Assembly: GCA_902596915.1 (NCBI GenBank)
Contig: CACJVQ010000004.1
Location: 8,077-72,076, forward strand
Direction: 5' to 3'
Length of the DNA stretch: 64,000 bases
Origin: an uncultured Pelagibacteraceae bacterium
GTDB taxonomy: Bacteria; Pseudomonadota; Alphaproteobacteria; Pelagibacterales; Pelagibacteraceae
In this document: one piece after another, positions 61,369 to 64,000 of the stretch
How the letters are laid out: each line of letters begins with the position of its first letter
How positions within the stretch are numbered: the stretch's first letter is position 1
The notes under the pieces: generated by a model
Seen by the model: the letters and a program-made list of their open reading frames with translations, nothing else
What the model was told of the DNA's origin: nothing
Database searches by the model: none
Made by a program: the position numbers and the translations under genes

Positions 61369-61923
61369 ATGAATCTAAGCAAAATTTTAAAAAACGTATT
61401 TCTTGTTGTTATATTTGGTTTAATTGTCACTGCATGTGCAACTAAGAAATCTGTGAAAACAACAACAGAGTCTTCCACTACTACCACTAAGGCAGCTGAG
61501 ACTCAAAAAGCAGATCCAATTGAAAAATTAGATGCGTTAATGCAGGGGGATGTTTACATAGGCTCTGATACTGTAGGAGAGCTAGCAAGTGGAGTTCCTG
61601 ACAGAGTTTTCTTTGCTACAAATGAGACAATTTTAACTACAGCTTCCAGAGAGACTTTAAGAAAGCAAGCTGCTTGGTTAAGACAGAATTCTGATGTGAC
61701 AGTTGTTGTAGAAGGTCACGCGGATGAGAGAGGTACAAGAGAATATAACTTGGCTTTAGGTGAGAGAAGAGCTAATGCAGCAAAAGACTATTTAATGACA
61801 TATGGTGTATCGTCTGATCGAATTAAAGTTTTAAGTTATGGAAAAGAGAGACCTGTGGACTCAGGCTCTAATCCACTTTCATGGTCGAAAAATAGAAGAT
61901 CTGTAACAGTCAAAGCAAATTAA
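61369..61923 (+). CDS. pal: Peptidoglycan-associated lipoprotein
   Basis: Lipobox VTAC, EGHADERGTREYNLALGERRA; AAGGAG RBS upstream. Confidence 0.95.
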   Translation: MNLSKILKNVFLVVIFGLIVTACATKKSVKTTTESSTTTTKAAETQKADPIEKLDALMQGDVYIGSDTVGELASGVPDRVFFATNETILTTASRETLRKQAAWLRQNSDVTVVVEGHADERGTREYNLALGERRANAAKDYLMTYGVSSDRIKVLSYGKERPVDSGSNPLSWSKNRRSVTVKAN

Positions 61924-61933
61924 ATATAAATTT

Positions 61934-61974
61934 AAAAAAGACCCTTACTTTAAATAAGTATGGGTCTTCTTTTT
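61934..61974. terminator. Intrinsic (likely bidirectional) terminator after pal
   Basis: AAGACCC-T-TACTT / AAGTA-T-GGGTCTT hairpin flanked by A and T tracts. Confidence 0.7.
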
Positions 61975-62001
61975 GCCATTATTATAATTACAAATGTTTT
62001 T

Positions 62002-63021
62002 ATGAGATTATTAATTAAGTTAATTTTTATTAACTTTGTTTCATTTTTACTTTTTTCAACAAGCATTTCATTTTCTCAAGATCAACAAGTGCAAGAAATT
62101 CTAGAAAATATTCAAAAAGACCTTAGAACTTTAGAAAGAGCAGTTTACTCTCAATCATTTTCTGAAAATTCAGATGCAAATACAACTCAAAAAGCATCAA
62201 CAAAGGAGTCAGAGCAGGCATTAACAAAACATTTGTTGAAATTGAGCGAAATAGAGACACAGTTCCAGGAATTAACAAATAAATTTGAAGAAATAAATTT
62301 TAAATTAGACAAACTATCTAATAAACTTTCTAATGTTCAGCAAGATAATCAATTAAGATTTGAGCAAATTGAGCAAGCCTCCATTGTCAATACAAATAAT
62401 AAGTCTATTACTTCTTTGCCCAAAACTGAGCAAACATTTGTAAATGAAGATATAACGCAAAAAAAAATACTTCCTGGATCCTCTGAACCACAATCATTAG
62501 GAGAAATCTCTTATAAAGATATGACTACTAGTGATGACACTCAATTAATAGAGACAGTAGAACAAACAGAAGCAATAATTTCAGAAGTTTTTAATTCTGA
62601 GGAAAAATTATTGCCTGACGCTAGTCCAAAAGAACAATACCAATTTGCTAGAAATTTTTTAAAAGTTGGAGATTATGCTAATGCTGAGAAGGCATTTAGA
62701 GAATTTGTATTGACTAATCCTGATAACGAATTGTCAGGAAACGCACAATACTGGTATGCAGAAACCTATAGAATAAGACAAATGTACACTGATGCAGCTA
62801 CTGCATATTTGGAAGGTTATCAAAAGTATCCAAAAAGCAAAATTGCTCCTGAAAATTTATTGAAACTAGGTGTATCGTTGGTTCAGATGGGAGAAAAAGA
62901 TCAAGGATGCTTGATGATTGCCGGAGTTAAAAAACAATATCCTGACGCAACTCAATCTGTACTTCAAAAAGCAAAGTATTATGAAGAAAAAGAATTTGAG
63001 TGTAAAAAAGAAAATTCATAA
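62002..63021 (+). CDS. cpoB: Cell division coordinator CpoB (YbgF), TPR protein
   Basis: Signal peptide, coiled coil, NAQYWYAE, APENLLKLG; start moved to ATG 62002 because 61960 lies in the terminator. Confidence 0.88.
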   Translation: MRLLIKLIFINFVSFLLFSTSISFSQDQQVQEILENIQKDLRTLERAVYSQSFSENSDANTTQKASTKESEQALTKHLLKLSEIETQFQELTNKFEEINFKLDKLSNKLSNVQQDNQLRFEQIEQASIVNTNNKSITSLPKTEQTFVNEDITQKKILPGSSEPQSLGEISYKDMTTSDDTQLIETVEQTEAIISEVFNSEEKLLPDASPKEQYQFARNFLKVGDYANAEKAFREFVLTNPDNELSGNAQYWYAETYRIRQMYTDAATAYLEGYQKYPKSKIAPENLLKLGVSLVQMGEKDQGCLMIAGVKKQYPDATQSVLQKAKYYEEKEFECKKENS

Positions 63022-64000
63022 TTTTTATTCCAAAAAATTAGATGATCCAAGAATAAAAAGAATTTACTTAAATTTTAAAAAAAAAATATCTAGCCATATT
63101 CCAAGTAGTTTTTGTGTTGCTGTTTCAGGAGGGGTAGATAGTATGGCATTATCATTCTTAGCTAAATGTTATTCATTAGAAAATAACAAAAAAATTTATT
63201 TTTTTATTATAGATCACAAGCTTAGAAAAAATTCCACTTTTGAGGCTAAATTAGTAAAAAAAAAACTTAAATTATTTCAAATTTCTAGCAACATACTTAC
63301 TATTAAAAAGGAAAAAATATCAACAAATATTCAATCTTTTGCGAGAGAAAATAGATACAAATTAATTATCAAACAAAGTTTAATTAAAAAAATTGATATG
63401 ATTTTAACTGCACATCATGTAGATGATTTGATTGAAAACTTTTTTATTAGATTATTAAGAGGTTCAGGGTTAAAAGGTTTAATTTCATTCAACAAGATTA
63501 AATCCAAAGTAAACTTTGATGATAAAATTTATATTTTAAGGCCTTTAATTGATATACCTAAAAAGGATTTGGCATATATTTCAAATAATACTTTTAACTT
63601 TAATGTAAATGATCCTTCTAATTTAGATGATAAATTTTTAAGAGCAAGAGTAAGAAAATTAATTTCAAACTTAGAGAAAGATGGATTAACATTTAACAAA
63701 ATTAAATTATCTCTTAACAATCTAAGCAAAAGCAATATTGCTATAGATTATTATGTTAAGAAAAATATTAATGATAATTCTAATTACTTAAAATTAACTA
63801 ATTCAATTATTTTAAAAGATGATTTTCTAAATCAACCAGATGAAATTGTCTTTAGATCATTTTCAGAACTAATACAAAAAATAGGAAAAAAAGAAACTTT
63901 TGCTAGGGGTATAAAAGTGGATAACTTAATTAAATTTTTAAGATCTACTAATAATAACTCAAAAAAAACACTTTCAGGATGTATAATTCAAAAACTTAAG
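62981..64000 (+). CDS. tilS: tRNA(Ile)-lysidine synthetase, runs off window end
   Basis: In-frame AVSGGVDSMAL, DHKLR, ARENRY, TAHH.DD..EN..IRLLRGSG, RPLI, DPSN. Confidence 0.93.
   Translation, partial: MKKKNLSVKKKIHNFYSKKLDDPRIKRIYLNFKKKISSHIPSSFCVAVSGGVDSMALSFLAKCYSLENNKKIYFFIIDHKLRKNSTFEAKLVKKKLKLFQISSNILTIKKEKISTNIQSFARENRYKLIIKQSLIKKIDMILTAHHVDDLIENFFIRLLRGSGLKGLISFNKIKSKVNFDDKIYILRPLIDIPKKDLAYISNNTFNFNVNDPSNLDDKFLRARVRKLISNLEKDGLTFNKIKLSLNNLSKSNIAIDYYVKKNINDNSNYLKLTNSIILKDDFLNQPDEIVFRSFSELIQKIGKKETFARGIKVDNLIKFLRSTNNNSKKTLSGCIIQKLK

Noticed and set aside
1-64000. CRISPR array, IS elements, integrases, defence systems
   Set aside because: No regularly spaced repeats or recognisable transposase, integrase or defence motifs seen by eye

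Overview
Very AT-rich alphaproteobacterial genome segment, most consistent with Pelagibacterales (SAR11). Positions 1-~41200 are a mosaic surface-glycan island. It carries pseudaminic-acid-type nonulosonate genes, an adenylation/ACP/formyltransferase/AAC(3)/DUF4910 acyl-tailoring operon, duplicated putative ulosonate transferases, glycosyltransferases, a bacillosamine-type initiation set, Wzy/WaaL/Wzz and galE. The island ends at a stand-alone 5S rRNA gene (41302-41417), matching the SAR11 HVR2 right border. The rest is compact core genome: epimerase, rpmJ, a CoxIV-like peptide, pntAB, tal, tRNA-fMet, rpsU, trcR, rpmE, suhB, efp, thiE, fba, pgk, gap, tkt, zapA, 5-formyl-THF cyclo-ligase, ymdB, yebC, an atypical ruvC, tol-pal-cpoB and a partial tilS. 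The best candidate for an undescribed system is the ~10 kb module at 1321-11260, inferred to build and install an unusual formyl-aminoacyl group on a possibly extra-aminated nonulosonic acid. All calls come from motif recognition by eye; no searches were run.
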